DNA of 64,000 nucleotides from Eledone cirrhosa (taxonomy: Eukaryota). Below, piece by piece: positions 13,220 to 26,070 of this stretch. The stretch is from NCBI GenBank assembly GCA_964016885.1, contig OZ024743.1:23560001-23624000 (forward strand), written 5' to 3'. Under the pieces are notes generated by a model that saw nothing but the letters and a program-made list of their open reading frames with translations, did not search any database and was not told the DNA's origin. The position numbers and the translations under genes were made by a program. The number at the start of each line of letters is the position of its first letter. The stretch's first letter is position 1.

Positions 13220-13391
13220 AAAGGCGGTAGAGGGTCGGACACCATGCTTTGCAGCAAAGAGTTACGGCCGTTTATGATCTGAGTTCAAATCCCGCCGAGG
13301 TTAACTTTGTCTTTCATCCTTACGGGGTCGATAAAATAAAGTACCAGTAATGCACTGGGTAATTGCTGGCCTTGTGCCTAAAGTAGAAACA
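13220..13391 (+). mobile_element. SINE copy
   Basis: B box gagttcaaatcc, Nin-like domain, 3' ccttgtgcctaaagtagaaac followed by (ATT)n. Confidence 0.9.
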
Positions 13392-13428
<37 letters not shown>

Positions 13429-13429
<1 letters not shown>

Positions 13430-13737
13430 GTAGTTTCAGAAATGGAAAAATTGAGGGAGGGCGCTTGCGCTGGTGGTCAGGGTGGCCGTGGTCTTTTGTG
13501 TGGTTTTCGCCACGAGTAACCCTCGGAGGTTTCCCCCCTATTGGGGAATTTTTCATTGTTTCAATTTTCATTTTTATTGTTTATATATATATATGTTTCT
13601 ATGTCTTTTTTTTTCTTTTCTTATATAAATAATAAAAATATTTACACGCACAAAACCCACATCGTACCGTCCTGTACCGTCCTGTGCCGTCTGTAATGTT
13701 TTTCTTGATGTCAGCCCTTGTGGACAATAAAGAAATC
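13429..13737 (+). mobile_element. Solo 3' UTR of the Tx1 element (direct repeat of 16716-17014)
   Basis: Near-identical to 16716-17014 and ends aataaagaaatc. Confidence 0.9.
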
Positions 13738-16700
13738 CCCGCTCTTTAGTGTTAGTGGGCGACTGGAACGGTATCTTGGATGCACGCTGGGATCGTGTGG
13801 CGCTAGTGGATAGGAGAGGAGGGTACAAGAGCCTCACCAACCTGCTCAGACGTTTTGAACTGTCTGACAGGTATCGACTGGATCACCCGAATGTGCCAAT
13901 GTGGACATGGACAAACCGTATCGGGTCATCCAGATCGTATCTCGATGGCGTATTCTGCAGAGAACTAGATAAGGCTAGTATAAGTTGTCCACAATTTAAA
14001 ATAGTCGACTACACAGACCACAAATTTGTGATAGACAAGGGCCTGGTTACTGGAAGCTAAACGCGTCTTTCCCGGCGCGCAAAGCCTACAGAGACCGGAT
14101 TAGCGTATTAGTTAAGCGGGCGTTGACGGGAGCGGTCGTCAACAACAGGTGGTGGTTCGCCCTGAAAAGGGCAATTAAAGTAGAGTCGATTAGGTTTAGC
14201 AAAGGAGTAGTGATAGGGGAAAATAGAGTAGAGGGAGAGCTAGTCAGAAAGCTGGAAGAGGCGTTTAAGACAGGCATCCGACGTGCTTGCGGCGAGATTG
14301 GCACTCGACCAATTCTTCAACGCAAAACACGAAGACTGCGTTGTCAGAGCTAGAGCGCGTGCTCTGAAACACGAGGGGACAAAAGCCGTCCAATGGGCCC
14401 GGGTGGCAGAGGCGCGACGTGGCAACAAAGCCACAATTCGGTCTTTGTCTGACCAAAACGGGTGCGTGATGCTCGAACCCGAGCGGATGTGTGAAGCTTT
14501 TCAGCAGCACTTTGCTGAACTGTTCGGGAGTAGCGGCGACCCGGATCGGGGCATGGACTTCAGTGCATACCTCGACGGACTGCCTCGGCTCTCGACGACC
14601 GCAGCACAGTGTTGCGAAAAGCCAATAACAGCCGGTGAAATACGGGAAGCGATGGCTAACTGCACAAGGGGTAAATCGCCAGATTTGGATGGTCTGCCCT
14701 ACGAGCTTTATGCATTTATGCCAGACTTGTTCGGTGACCTCTTGGCAGACGTCTATTGCAACTGGCAGCAGAACGGGAGCATTCCCAGTTTTGTGAGCCG
14801 GGGAGCAGTGACGCTGCTGAGAAAAGACCCGAACAAGGGGGATGTTATCGATAATTTCAGGCCCATAACCTTGCTAAACGCAGAGTTCAAGATTTTGACC
14901 AAGGTGTTAGCAACGAGGTTGGCGCTTGTCGTCAAGGGTCTGGTGGGAGAGGCGCATACATGCGCCATTCCGGACAGATGCATACACGACAACCTCCACC
15001 TCATGCGATACATCATGGTGGTTAAGGAACCTGGCAAGGGTGGGGCCCTGATCAACTTGGATCAATCCAAAGCATTCGATAGGGTCGACCATCGGTACCT
15101 GGAGGCGGTCTTCGAGGCAGCCGGTTTCGGGCCCGTTTTCAGGGGTTGGATCGCAGCAATGTACAGCGACATCTGCTCAGTTGTGAGGGTGAACGGTCAC
15201 CTGTCGCAGCCGTTCAGCATCATGCGCTCAGTCCGCCAGGGTTGTCCCCTCTCGTCCCTCTTGTACGCATTGGCTCTCGAGCCGTTACTGCACAAACTGG
15301 GGGCGATGAGGGGCGTCCCACGCGAACTAGGATGCGGGAAACCCGAGTCGGCTTATGCTGACGACGTCACCGTAGTGGTGTCGAGCACCAGACACGTCCA
15401 GATGCTCGGCACCGCTCTCAAGGAATACGAAGCGGTGACAGGAGCAAAAATAAACCAGGAAAAGTCGGTGGGCTTGCAGCTCGGCACCTGGAGAGCCAAG
15501 TCCATGCCGTCCGACAGTGTCGTGGGGCGTTGGACGGACGGACCGGTTAAATTGCTCGGGGTCTGGTTCGGACCGGACCTCCAGATGGAGAAAAACTGGA
15601 ACGAGGTGACGAGCAGGGTGGCCTCCCTCACCCAGAAATGGGCTGAGTGGAAGCTGTGCCTGTAAGGTCGGGCAGAGGTGGCGAATGCGTACATCGCATC
15701 CGTCATCTGCTACCGCCTCACCGTCGTCCCTTGCTCCAGCCCAACTCTCACCAAAATGGAGCGCCTCCTCTTCCGCTTTTTGTGGAAGGGACGCGCTCCA
15801 ATGGTCAGACGATCCATCTGCTGTCAACACCCGTTGCGTGGAGGACTGGGCATGCCATGGCTGATGATGCGTAAACATGCGCTGAGGCTGCGACATCTCT
15901 GGTGCTTCCTTGATGGTGAACGGGTGTGGTCGCCGTTCGCCAGGAAGGTTTTCCCACAGCTCGTCTCCTTGACAGAGCTGCAATCCTGGGTCAGAAAAAG
16001 ACTGAGGGATAGCGCTTGGAAACTGGAATGTCTCCAGGCGCTCACTGCCCTCTCCCAGCTGGGTACCAGTATCGGTGGAACATCCACCTCGGCGTTCTAT
16101 AGAGGACTAGTGGAGGGGAAGAGCGACGACGTTCTCGGAGAGATCCTGGGCGTCGAAGAAGATCAGCTGTTTGCTCTCTTCCGGAGAACTTTCAGCCCGG
16201 GGCCTATGGATAACTTCCAAAAATCCCTGGCCTGGCAGTGCTACCGGGGAGCGCTACCGTTTCGAGATAAGCTCTACAGGCACGGTAGTGCCATCAGCCG
16301 AGCCTGTCCGAGATGCGCGCAGAGCGACGAAACCGTTGTGCACGCACTGGTTCAGTGCCCGAGCATTGCTGACTTGTGGAGCTATGACGAACAGTTGCTG
16401 TCGCGTGTGGGACTGATCCGGTTGTCGACTGAGTCCATTGTGCATATGGTCTCGCCGTCTTCTTTCGAGGAGGAAGGGCAGGCGGTTTTCATCTGCCTGG
16501 TGGCGATGGCGAAAGAGATTGCGTGGTGGACAAGGTTAAAAGGGTTAAAGACATCACTTTCCTCTTGCGCGAATCCCTAATTAACTTTTTCAAGTTTCAC
16601 TTGAAGAGGAAAATCAGAGTGGAGAAGCAAGTGCTGCTTTCTAGCAAGTTTGTTGAAAGGTGGGTGAATGTAGCGAGAATGGTCCGAGTGGACGGGACCA

Positions 16701-17014
16701 CTCTGTATATACGTCTGTAGTTTGAGAGATGGAAAAATTGAGAGAGGGCGCTTGCCCTGGTGGTCAGGGTGGCCGTGGTCTTTTGTGTGGTTTTCGCCAC
16801 GAGTAACCCTCGGAGGTTTCCCCCCTATTGGGGAATTTTTCATTGTTTCAATTTTCATTTTTATTGTTTATATATATACATGTTTCTATGTCCTTTTTTT
16901 TCTTTTCTTATATAAATAATAAAAATATTTACACGCACAAAACCCACATCGTACCGTCCTGTGCCGTCTGTAATGTTTTTCTTGATGTCAGCCCTTGTTG
17001 CCAATAAAGAAATC
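13738..17014 (+). mobile_element. Tx1/L1-clade LINE, 5' truncated ORF2 (APE C-terminus, RT, zinc finger) plus 3' UTR
   Basis: LVGDWN, SYLD and TDH (APE); KSPDLDGL, FRPITLLN, DQSKAFD, RQGCPLS and YADD (RT); CPRC..ETVVHALVQC. Several frameshifts and stops. GC-rich relative to flanks, with an (ATT)n tail. Confidence 0.92.
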
Positions 17015-17068
17015 ATTATTATTATTGTTATTATTATCATTATTATTATTATTATTATCATTATTAAA

Positions 17069-17143
17069 TTACGGGGTCGATAAAATAAAGTACCAGTAAT
17101 GTACTGGGTAATTGCTGACCTTGTGCCCAAAGTAGAAACAATT
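17069..17143 (+). mobile_element. SINE 3' half
   Basis: ttacggggtcgataaaataaagtacc...agtagaaacaatt. Confidence 0.85.
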
Positions 17144-17411
17144 ATTAAAGATGACCATTATTATTATGGTTTTGTGATTTCACATGAGGTTTATGATTAC
17201 TATTTATATGTACCAGAGAATTATGGCTAGGAGTAGATACTAAGTCTAAATATAGGTTTCTATTATTTAGAGGATTGAGAATAGTTTATTTTTTTATTTA
17301 TTCCAACATAGAGATTCAGGGCGTTTGGAGAGTTTTTCATAGTCAAATATCAATTGATAATCTTATTAACTCAGGAAGCACTCTTACTATTATTACTAAC
17401 ATTATTATTAC

Positions 17412-17835
17412 TAAGGGTGGTCAATTGGCAGTATCGGTAGAGGGTCGGACGCCATGCTTTGACGCATAGAGTTACGGCCCTTGCCATTCTGAATTCAAAT
17501 CCCGCCAAGGTTAACTTTGACTTTCATCCTTACAGGGTCGATAAAATAAAGTACCAGTAATGCACTGGGTAATTGCTGGCCTTGTGTCTAACGTAGAAAC
17601 AATTATTACTAAGGGCGGTGGATTGGTAGTATCAGTAGAGCATCGGACAATATGCTTTGCAGCATAGAGTTACGGTCTTTTACGCACTGAGTTCAAATCT
17701 CGTCGAGGTCAGCTTTGTCTTTCATCCTTACGGGGTCGATAAAATAAAGCACCAGTAATGCACTGGGGTCGATTTAATCGACTTTCCCCTCCCCAAAAAT
17801 TGTTGGCCTTGTGCCTAAATTATAAACGTTTATTA
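17412..17835 (+). mobile_element. Two tandem SINE copies (short form 17412-17601, long form 17610-17835)
   Basis: Both have A/B boxes and the Nin-like domain. The second keeps the internal segment gtcgatttaatcgactttcccctccccaaaa that short copies lack. Confidence 0.9.
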
Positions 17836-17899
17836 TTACGAAGGTTACCATTACTGGTGATGACATTAAAATTATTAAGGGAGGGCCTTAAATCCCTAT

Positions 17900-18300
17900 T
17901 TGGGATGTAAAATACTTTACTATTATATCTTGACCTAACAAATGCCTAATTGTAAAACCAGGTAGTAGCATTAAAGATATCTTCATTGGCAGATAGTCTG
18001 GAATTCTGAAATACCTCTTAACAATTGAGTTAATAATTATGGGTGGTTAAACAGTCTATTCACATAGGACAGACACTCCCCTGGTTAGTGGTAGTAGCGG
18101 TACAGGTCAGTATCTAGTTCCAAAGTGGCGTCTAGAAAATTTACCACCCTACTATTAGACTCAATAGTTACGGTGAACCCAACATTCTTTAAGAACCTAT
18201 GTAATTGCTTATTAGTGTGTTCTATATTGATATTAAATAGGGAATAAATTTGTAGGATAAAATACATTGAGAAAATTTGGGAAGAACACTTCGCTGGAAG
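17900..18300 (-). mobile_element. Penelope-like element RT fragment
   Basis: GFTVTIESNSRVVNFLDATLELDTDLYRYYH*PGECLSYVNR..NHP is the PLE RT motif 7/thumb, the same type as 54553-55113. Confidence 0.7.
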
Positions 18301-18733
18301 AGAATTTTGAAGTGTAATTATAATCTTATCCAAAATGTGAAAATTCTTTTTCACTGTGGTGTACGAATTTATTTCCATGTGCAAAAAAGAAATGGCGCCC
18401 GAGAAACCACCCGTTGTTTTCTTATAACTTTTTTCTTTTTTGAGATTAATTCACAGCTAGAGTAGCCTCCCTCGGAATGAATAAAGTTATCTCCCTTTGC
18501 AATTTTGTTTATACTGTTACAGATATATGAAATTAAATTCATTCAATTCTGGAGTTCTGATGAGTATAAAGCCACTCCTTTGTTGCGATTATCTCCAGAT
18601 CCACTTTGGTCTGAATTGGTAGTGACTGTTAGGATCTATTGATTTTATCTGTAGTTGTACCGGTGCCGAAAATGAGAACGGCTTCAGATAGAACGATAGA
18701 ACATGCTAAAAATAAACTATCCCAGACCAAATA

Positions 18734-20170
18734 CAGGGTGCTCTTTTGGCAAAATATAAAGCCCTGGTTATCACTCTCAGCAGGGTTACGTTCATCTAGA
18801 GAAGTAAACCTCTTCGACCAAAATTCCTATTCCTATATTGCGGATGGTTATTACGGAGTAGTTGCAAGCTTTGAAAGACTGATGTCATCAACACATTAAA
18901 AACTGATACGTCTCAATTAGGGAGAGAAAAACATGTACAGCAAGAGCATGCGGCGCCTCCTAGTATTAGCTACTGAATGGCCAAAATGACAGTCATTTCG
19001 TCCCGGGCAGGAACATGGTCTAAGTACTGGGAGGCTCAGTTCTTTGAGTACACATCTTTTAATAGCTGTAACTTTTTTATAACTTTCTCTGATTATCATT
19101 TCTTTTCATATAAATGACAGGCATCAAGCTAACTCAGCAAATGAACGGCATGCTGTAATCGTTGCTTTAAAGATAGAGCATAGTTTGATAGCTTGCTGAA
19201 ACTGGCGTTTGTTGTCAAAGATCACAAAGAGCTGGAAGCCGCTAACGAGGATTCTACAGTAGTAGCGAAAGGTAAAATGATTGCTATGGGTCCTAATACC
19301 ATCGGAACACCCAAATTTGTACGAAACGTGCAACAAATTATCGATAAGAACCTTCTTAACTCGACAGTAGGTGATCTATGACTTGCATTTGATAGGTTTG
19401 ATGCCGGCTACAGCATTGTTGGAGCGCAAATCAGTGCTGCGAAAACTGAAACATTCGTACTCTCAAGGAAGCCTGTGCAGTGTACTCTACGTGTGAATGG
19501 AGTTCCACTGAAGCAGGTGAAGTTCAAGTATCTCGGGGCCAAACTCACTATCTTCAATTCGATATTCGTGCTAACCCTTAACTTTGGTCATGAATCTTGA
19601 GTAATGACAAAAAGAATACGATCGTGAATACAAGCGACCTAAATGGGGTTCCTTTGAAGAGTCTTTGGAGTAACATTACTCGATAGAGTGCATAGCTAGA
19701 AGATCACAGAGTTGCTCCATGTAGAGCCGCTACTTCTCCGAATTGAAAGATCACAGCACCGATATTGTGGGCATGTGGTTAGAATGTCTCAGGAAAGAAT
19801 CTCTGGACAGATTTTACGGGCAAAACCCGGCAGGAGACCTACGGATAGACTCCGAGCAAGATGGTTGGAAAATACCCATGAACTTGGCTGGTCGCACCTG
19901 GGAATCCTGCCGGGTTAGTTGAAGACGGTTGCTTCTGACAGGACCCGCTGGAAGAAGTGTTTGAGGACTCTGCCCCTACGACCCTCTCAGAAATATGTAG
20001 AAGAAGAAGAAGAAGAAGAAGAAGAAGAAGAAGAAGAAGAAGAAGAAGAAGAAGAAGAAGAAGAAGAAGAACCTCTGAAAGTCAATTAGCGCCATTGGTA
20101 AGGAGCTCAAGGTTTTAAGGCACACTATCGAAAGAATTATGCATACATGTCATGTGATGCAAAGAGACCA
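18734..20170 (+). mobile_element. Tc1/mariner (maT/DD37D-like) transposon remnant, interrupted by an RTE insertion
   Basis: TA|CAGGGTG terminus at 18732-18740. Degenerate transposase N-terminus MTGIKLTQQM.RHAVIVALK...TPKFVRNVQQIIDKN, resuming after the RTE as KSISAIGKELKV.RHTIERIMH (HTH). Confidence 0.6.
19354..20066 (+). mobile_element. RTE (Expander-like) 3' fragment with (GAA)n tail and TSD
   Basis: Same family as 9190-9860 (EPLLLRIERSQ..GHVVRMSQER). (GAA)n at 19998-20071. TSD aagaacct at 19346-19353 and 20067-20074. Confidence 0.85.
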
Positions 20171-20984
20171 ATTTATTAATGCCTGGAATGCTTTGATTTT
20201 TCTCCAGAGAGAAAATTATGGATCAAAATCAAAAGATCAACTGAAAGAATGACAGAAAGCCTAAAGACATTCCAATATTCAGAATGGTCATGAATGGAAC
20301 GTGTTTGATTATAGTCTTGCTGCATCAAGGCTGACCTGGGGATAGACAGAATTATGTTTTACCCGTTTGGTCCTAATTTATCTACTACTAAAATTAACTG
20401 AATTCTAAACGAGCAAACTAGAGAGCCTCTGCGTGGTTGATCGATCTGCTAGATATAGCAGCCAAATATTTTAGAAAAGTTCACGTTGGATAATATAGTC
20501 CTATGTTCGCTGCCGAATAGAAAAATATGGTATAATTAGCATTTTATCATAGAGCTGCATAATTAAAGTTGGCCTGGGTCTAAACAACAATAAAAACAGA
20601 TAAATTCATCATCATCATCGTTTAATGTCTATCTTCCACGCTAGCATGGGTTTAGAATTCTAAATTCTAAAATCCAATTATAATCTTCCTTAAATTTTCT
20701 AGTTCTTTCTAATGTTGACTTCGATTATATACGGAGATTAAACTAATCTACTTAACACGTGAACCAACTCTCACAATTTACAATTACAGCGGTGACTATG
20801 TTTGCTTGTTGTGACAGATTACACTTATTTCTTTCATGGTTGAATGGTTTGTATTAGAAATCGCATAAAAATATAAAGTAAATTTGGAGTTAAGTTGTTT
20901 TTCATGTCCGTTAAAAATACTAAAATAATTATACATGGAAAGAAAATAAGAAAATTTTCTTACAACTTTTATATGAAAAGAAAC

Positions 20985-21330
20985 CAAGAAAATAATTTAT
21001 TTTACAACACAGATAAATAGTAAGAAAGAAATGTGTCTGTGAAACATACATATACACCAGATCCGAACACAAAGGAACCAAACTCCCACTGTCACTGCCA
21101 CCGTCCCTCCCGCTCTCCCTATCTCTCAGTATTAAAAGTAAATTAGGGCTCACGCGCTGGTAGCTCCGCGGCCAGGTGGACAGAATGGAGAAGGCGTTTC
21201 CCTGGAGGATGGTGAAGAAGACGCGCTGAAGAGCCACTCCAGCTCGCGAGGCTCACACCCGCGGGTAGCCAACTCTGTGCCGGTGATGGTGAGTAGGGAA
21301 GTGACCCTAGGGCCAAAAACACCAGAAGTC
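20985..21330 (-). mobile_element. CRE-clade non-LTR retrotransposon 3' end
   Basis: Minus strand TSGVFGP...EPRELEWL(F)QRVFFTILQGNAFSIL (one frameshift) matches the CRE/SLACS C-terminal motif ET.G.WG...FQR.S.AIQRGNA. AATAAA downstream. Confidence 0.65.
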
Positions 21331-21469
21331 TCCTTTTTTTTTACAACTATTTACAAAATGGTAAGCAAACAAAATGTTTTTTAAATAACTTTTTTCAATG
21401 TGGAAAGAAAGGAATTTTTGTTTTTGCATCTTGTAAGTGTTACTTACAGCTAAAATAAAATAATATGTA

Positions 21470-21900
21470 AATTTGAGCTGCGCCAAATAAATTCCTGCAA
21501 ACAGCTTTCAAAGAGGAGTTTAGACGTTCCATCTTCATCATTTCAATGGTCTGTGTATGCACATCTGTATTTACGGATCAACAAATTTCCATCAGGAACA
21601 ATGGAGGAATGGACATTTCTTTCCATATTGTAAAAATGTTGTTGCAGGAGCATTAGAGGGAGGCAACTCATCCTTGTTATTTTATAATTTTTAATGAATG
21701 TGAGACAACTGTCGATTTGGTAGAACAACATTTCACTATTAAATTGTGTTTTGTTTTGTTTTGTTTTGTTCTCTCTGTTTAGTCAGGGAGGGAAGAACGG
21801 AGCTCCTGGCTATTTTCAGGACCTCCTAGACTGGCAGGGTGGAAGAAGGAAGGTATTTTCAATCTGTAGACATTGTTTAAATGCTTGCAACAGAATGAAC
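21470..21900 (-). pseudogene. Merlin/IS1595-type transposase remnant
   Basis: Degenerate motifs in the expected order on the minus strand: LGGP, PNR...FIKNY, FVDP..(T)DVHTQTIE, SCLQEFIWR. Confidence 0.5.
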
Positions 21901-21939
21901 TCCACAAAAGGCACTTGAGAACTAGTTAGTGCTGCTAAA

Positions 21940-22190
21940 CCAGGCAACCACAGCTGGATTTGAACTCAAAACCCAAAGAACTAGAAGAAATGTCATAAGC
22001 CATTTTGTCCGATGTTCTAACAAGTCTGCCAACTAACTGCTCTAGACTAGTACTTTATATTATCAATCTTGAAAGAATGAAAGATGAAGTTGACTTAAGA
22101 GGGATTTCAGCTCTGAGTGCAGAGAGATGGAAAAAATACTGCAAGTCATCTCATCCAGCACTGTAACAACTCCGATAATCCAGAATGATA
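21940..22190 (-). mobile_element. Two old SINE copies
   Basis: ggatttgaactc (B box, reverse complement) and tactttatattatcaa...gaatgaaaga motifs. Confidence 0.6.
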
Positions 22191-22861
22191 TTTTATTTCA
22201 TCGACTTGAAAAGGATAAAAGACAAAGTTGATATTGGTTGAATTTAAATTCAGGGTGCAAAAAGCCTGAATGACATTCAAAGAACTCTGTTAAATCACAG
22301 CCTTGTATACAATATACACAATACTTAAAAAATAAAGCAGAATGGTCATGGCTAGACTTCCTTTGATCAGGCAGAGATGACCTGGAGTGAAGTAACAACA
22401 ACAAATTTAGACGAGTTTTTGGAATCTTTTGTTTCCTGAATTATTACAAAACATCAGTTATATTTAACACACAAAGGATCTCTATATTACTCCAATACCC
22501 TACTATTTCTCACATACTATCACTCTTCAAAGTAGAGGGTTTTTTTCGTTTATTCTTTTATATAAACATGCATATTTAAATGAATAGCTAAACGAGTCAA
22601 GGAGATATTTTACTCAATATTAACTAAATAGTTAGCAAATGAAAACAAAAGGAATGTTTGATGTTACACATGTAGTCAAAAAAGTACCCATTACACCCAT
22701 GATGCAGTAGTGCTGGTGTCTTAACAAAAAGAACTCAGACCACTCTATAAGATGGTAGTACTAGTGCACAGTTCTGTGTTATAGATAGGATAGCAGATGG
22801 CATGGCCATGTCTTATTACCAAATATGAGATATGTTGATAAGGAATTGCTTTCTCTCTCTC

Positions 22862-22945
<84 letters not shown>

Positions 22946-23412
22946 TGTGTGTCTGTGTGTATGTGTGTATGTGTGTGTGTATGTATATATATATACAATA
23001 TGTAGAAAAGATAACACACTAGAGAGAGAGGGAGTGTGTGCGATCAAAAAACAGGGAAACCATCAGTGTATGGAATCTATAAACTACGGAAGGTAAGGTA
23101 GACACATAATAATGAAAAATATAAACAAAACGTGTATACGCACCTCTATAACTATATATCACACGGGTACACATCCAAAAGGATTCATTTCGCCACTATA
23201 TTAGTGACTGAATGTAAATACCAATGGGTCATCAACGTGTCTTTGAGCACATAATTTACAGGGAATAACGCAAGTCTATGACTCCGTTAATATTTGGATG
23301 AAATGATTCTCTATATCTTCTTCGGAAAATATATTTATTCCATTTCAGAAACTAATTAGTTGGGAGTGAAATTTTAGTAAGTAAGTTAATTTTATAATTT
23401 TCTTATTTTACG

Positions 23413-23457
<45 letters not shown>

Positions 23458-23495
23458 ATATTAACAAATGGAAACTATATTTATAAAACCATATT

Positions 23496-23560
23496 TATTT
23501 CATTATACATATTTCAAGGACACCAAAGCAAATTATGGTGCGCTTTCATCAGATAAAATA
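23496..23560 (-). ncRNA. Minimal type-I hammerhead ribozyme
   Basis: Minus strand: UAUUUUAU-CUGAUGA-AAGCGCACCA..UGGUGUCCUU-GAAA-UAUGUA-UA-AUGAAAUA. Homologous to 56181-56243, and lies between (TA)n tracts. Confidence 0.75.
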
Positions 23561-23929
23561 TAATATAGATCAGTTATATATATATATGTGTATATATATG
23601 TATGTATATATGTGAACAGAGCTGTTTTTTCTCAAAGAAAATTTTTTTTCCTTTCTACCCCTGCTCACTATCTTTCTATTTCTTTAATTTCTCATTCTAA
23701 TTTCAGATGAAGGACTAGAGTAAACTTAACAATGACAGAAGTCTTAATAAGGAGGAAAGATGACAGTAGATTTATACCAGCAGGGAAGTGGCCTTATTCA
23801 ATATGTTAGAAAGGGGTGAACAGAAATTCCATAAGGTGCACACTGTAATTTATTGATGTCCAATAGATGTAGTAGGATTGAGGCAGGCTAGCAGGCAAGA
23901 TAGACTTTGTATGCAGCAGATTCACAGGA

Positions 23930-24930
23930 GAAGTAAGCACTAAGAACACACATGAAATAGATTTCATGGAGGCTCCTTAGAAGTTGTTGATACCTTTTGT
24001 TATCTAGGTGACCAAATTAGCAATGAGGGATGATGCTCTGAAAGTGGGATGATGTTCTGATAGCTATGGAAAGAACAGGCTGGAAGAAATTTAGAAAACT
24101 GTTACCTCTGCTGACAACTGCTGGATGTCCTTTCTATTGCCAATTACTTTACAATGTGTACTGAGTGTGTTTATCATGTAGATCAACAAACACTAAGGAG
24201 GCTATTATGATATTATCAAAACTAAAGGGTCCTCTCAACACTTTGTTTAGCAAGCTTTCTATGGATTGATGCCCTTCTCATCACCAACCACTTCACAGAG
24301 GGTGCAACTGCTAGTAATGTGGGTGGGGCAGGGTCATATGTGGTAGGGTTGAAATAGTAATGTTGAGAGTAACTGTTGGAGCGTGCTAGTGGGGGGGGGG
24401 GCATGGATGTAGGTCAGGTCACATTGTATGTTACAGGTCGGGTCATATTCAGCACACCATAGCACCAACTCTCGAGGTCTTTAGTCATTTCTGTTGTGAG
24501 GTCAGCCTTCTGTTTTTAAGGTCAGCCTTCACAACCTCATCCCATGTCTTCCTGGGTCTGCCTCTTCCACGGTCCCATCCACTAGGGTTTCTCTCCATTT
24601 TTTTATGCAGCTGCTAAATTCCATGTGCAACAGATGTCCATATCAATGCAGTCTTTTCTCTTGCACATTGCAACCAATTTCTCATATGCCAAGATTCTCC
24701 CTCAGTTTATTTATGCTATGTCACTCATGCACACTAACATTACACATCCATCAGTGCATACTTGACTCATTTCTTTCTAGCTTACGCAGGTCTTCTGCAG
24801 TAAAGGCTCATGTTTCGCTGCCATGTAACATTGCAGTGCACACAGAGGCATCATACAGTCTACCCTTCACTCTGAGAGAAAAACATTTTGTTGTTAGCAG
24901 CAGTAATAGATCTCTAAACTTCTTCCAGTC
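23930..24930. mobile_element. Degenerate RTE fragments (+ 23930-24120; - 24500-24930)
   Basis: SLEVVDTFCYLGDQIS on the plus strand. Antisense ORF 24605-25066 mirrors RTE LYDASVCTAMLHGSETWA. Confidence 0.7.
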
Positions 24931-24961
24931 TAATCATGAATATTTAATACTCATACAAACT

Positions 24962-24992
<31 letters not shown>

Positions 24993-25304
24993 ACACACAC
25001 AATCACACACAGTCTTTAAAATATTATGTAATATATGTAAGTTCTTCTAGTTTTATTATTTTATAACATGTTTACCAATAGAGAGAGAGAGCTGGTTTCT
25101 ACCATAGAAACAAAACGTTTTCATTGAAATTTAGACAACATCAACTAGGTAAATGCATATGCATGTCTGTATGTTTTTGTGTGTACATGTGTGCAGGTAT
25201 GGATGTTATTATTGTATGTATGCATCTGTATGTTTTGTGTTATATGTGTACACGTGCATATGTTTCTGTCTCGATACATGTGTATATGCATTTATTACAT
25301 ATTT

Positions 25305-26070
25305 TACATTAATGGACTGAACTTGCAACTTCCTAACTAGCCATGCTCTTTCTAGTTCTGTGAAGTGAAGCTTCTCAAGATTTGTACTGAAGCAGTTAGT
25401 AACATATCCAAGAGCGCCAATAATCACAGGTATAAATCTAAAGGTAGAGTCAGAGTGGAGTATCTGCAGGTTCCTCATTAGTTCAGCATGGATGTTCTCC
25501 TTTTCACTAATCTTTAAAATTAAATTGACATCTGCTGGGTAGCTGATTTCCACTAGTGTGCATGCCTTCTTTTCTCTGTCCCACATCATTATGTCTGATC
25601 TGATATGTTTGCATTCTGTTGGGGTTTTGACTGTAACATTTCAACAGTAGTCTTTTATATTATGTAAGCATATGTCCTCCACATCACTGAAACCTTTTAT
25701 GTTTATTCTCAGGACTATCTTTTCTACAGATAGCATTATATAATGTTTTGGCCAGTAAATCATGCCTTATAGATAGTATTGTGATGACATCTTTGGACAG
25801 CTGCTTATGATGTGGGTGACATCCTCAATGTTTATTCTGCAGAGTCTGCATCTGCTGTCACATCTAAGTGTTTTGGTTGCTTCCCTATCTCTTTTGTGCA
25901 TAAGGTATTTCATTGTTATTTCCTGTTCTTGTATTGCAAAAGCATCTCCTTCAAAGTGAGAGCAAATATACCAGTTGTTGATCCAACATAGACTACTTTG
26001 CTTATCTACATTACTCTTAATTTGAAGCTTTCTGGCAACATAACCATGGATGATTTTTTGCTGATAACAT
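25305..26070 (-). mobile_element. R4/Dong-type RLE element fragment (family C)
   Basis: CRLCRINIEDVTHIISSC; DIMMWDREKKACTLVEISYPAD...PVIIGALG. Confidence 0.75.

Noticed and set aside
13429-17014. LTR retrotransposon
   Set aside because: The interior is APE-RT of the Tx1 clade; no TG...CA ends, PBS, gag or integrase.
17412-17520. tRNA genes
   Set aside because: The A/B boxes belong to SINE heads; no cloverleaf.
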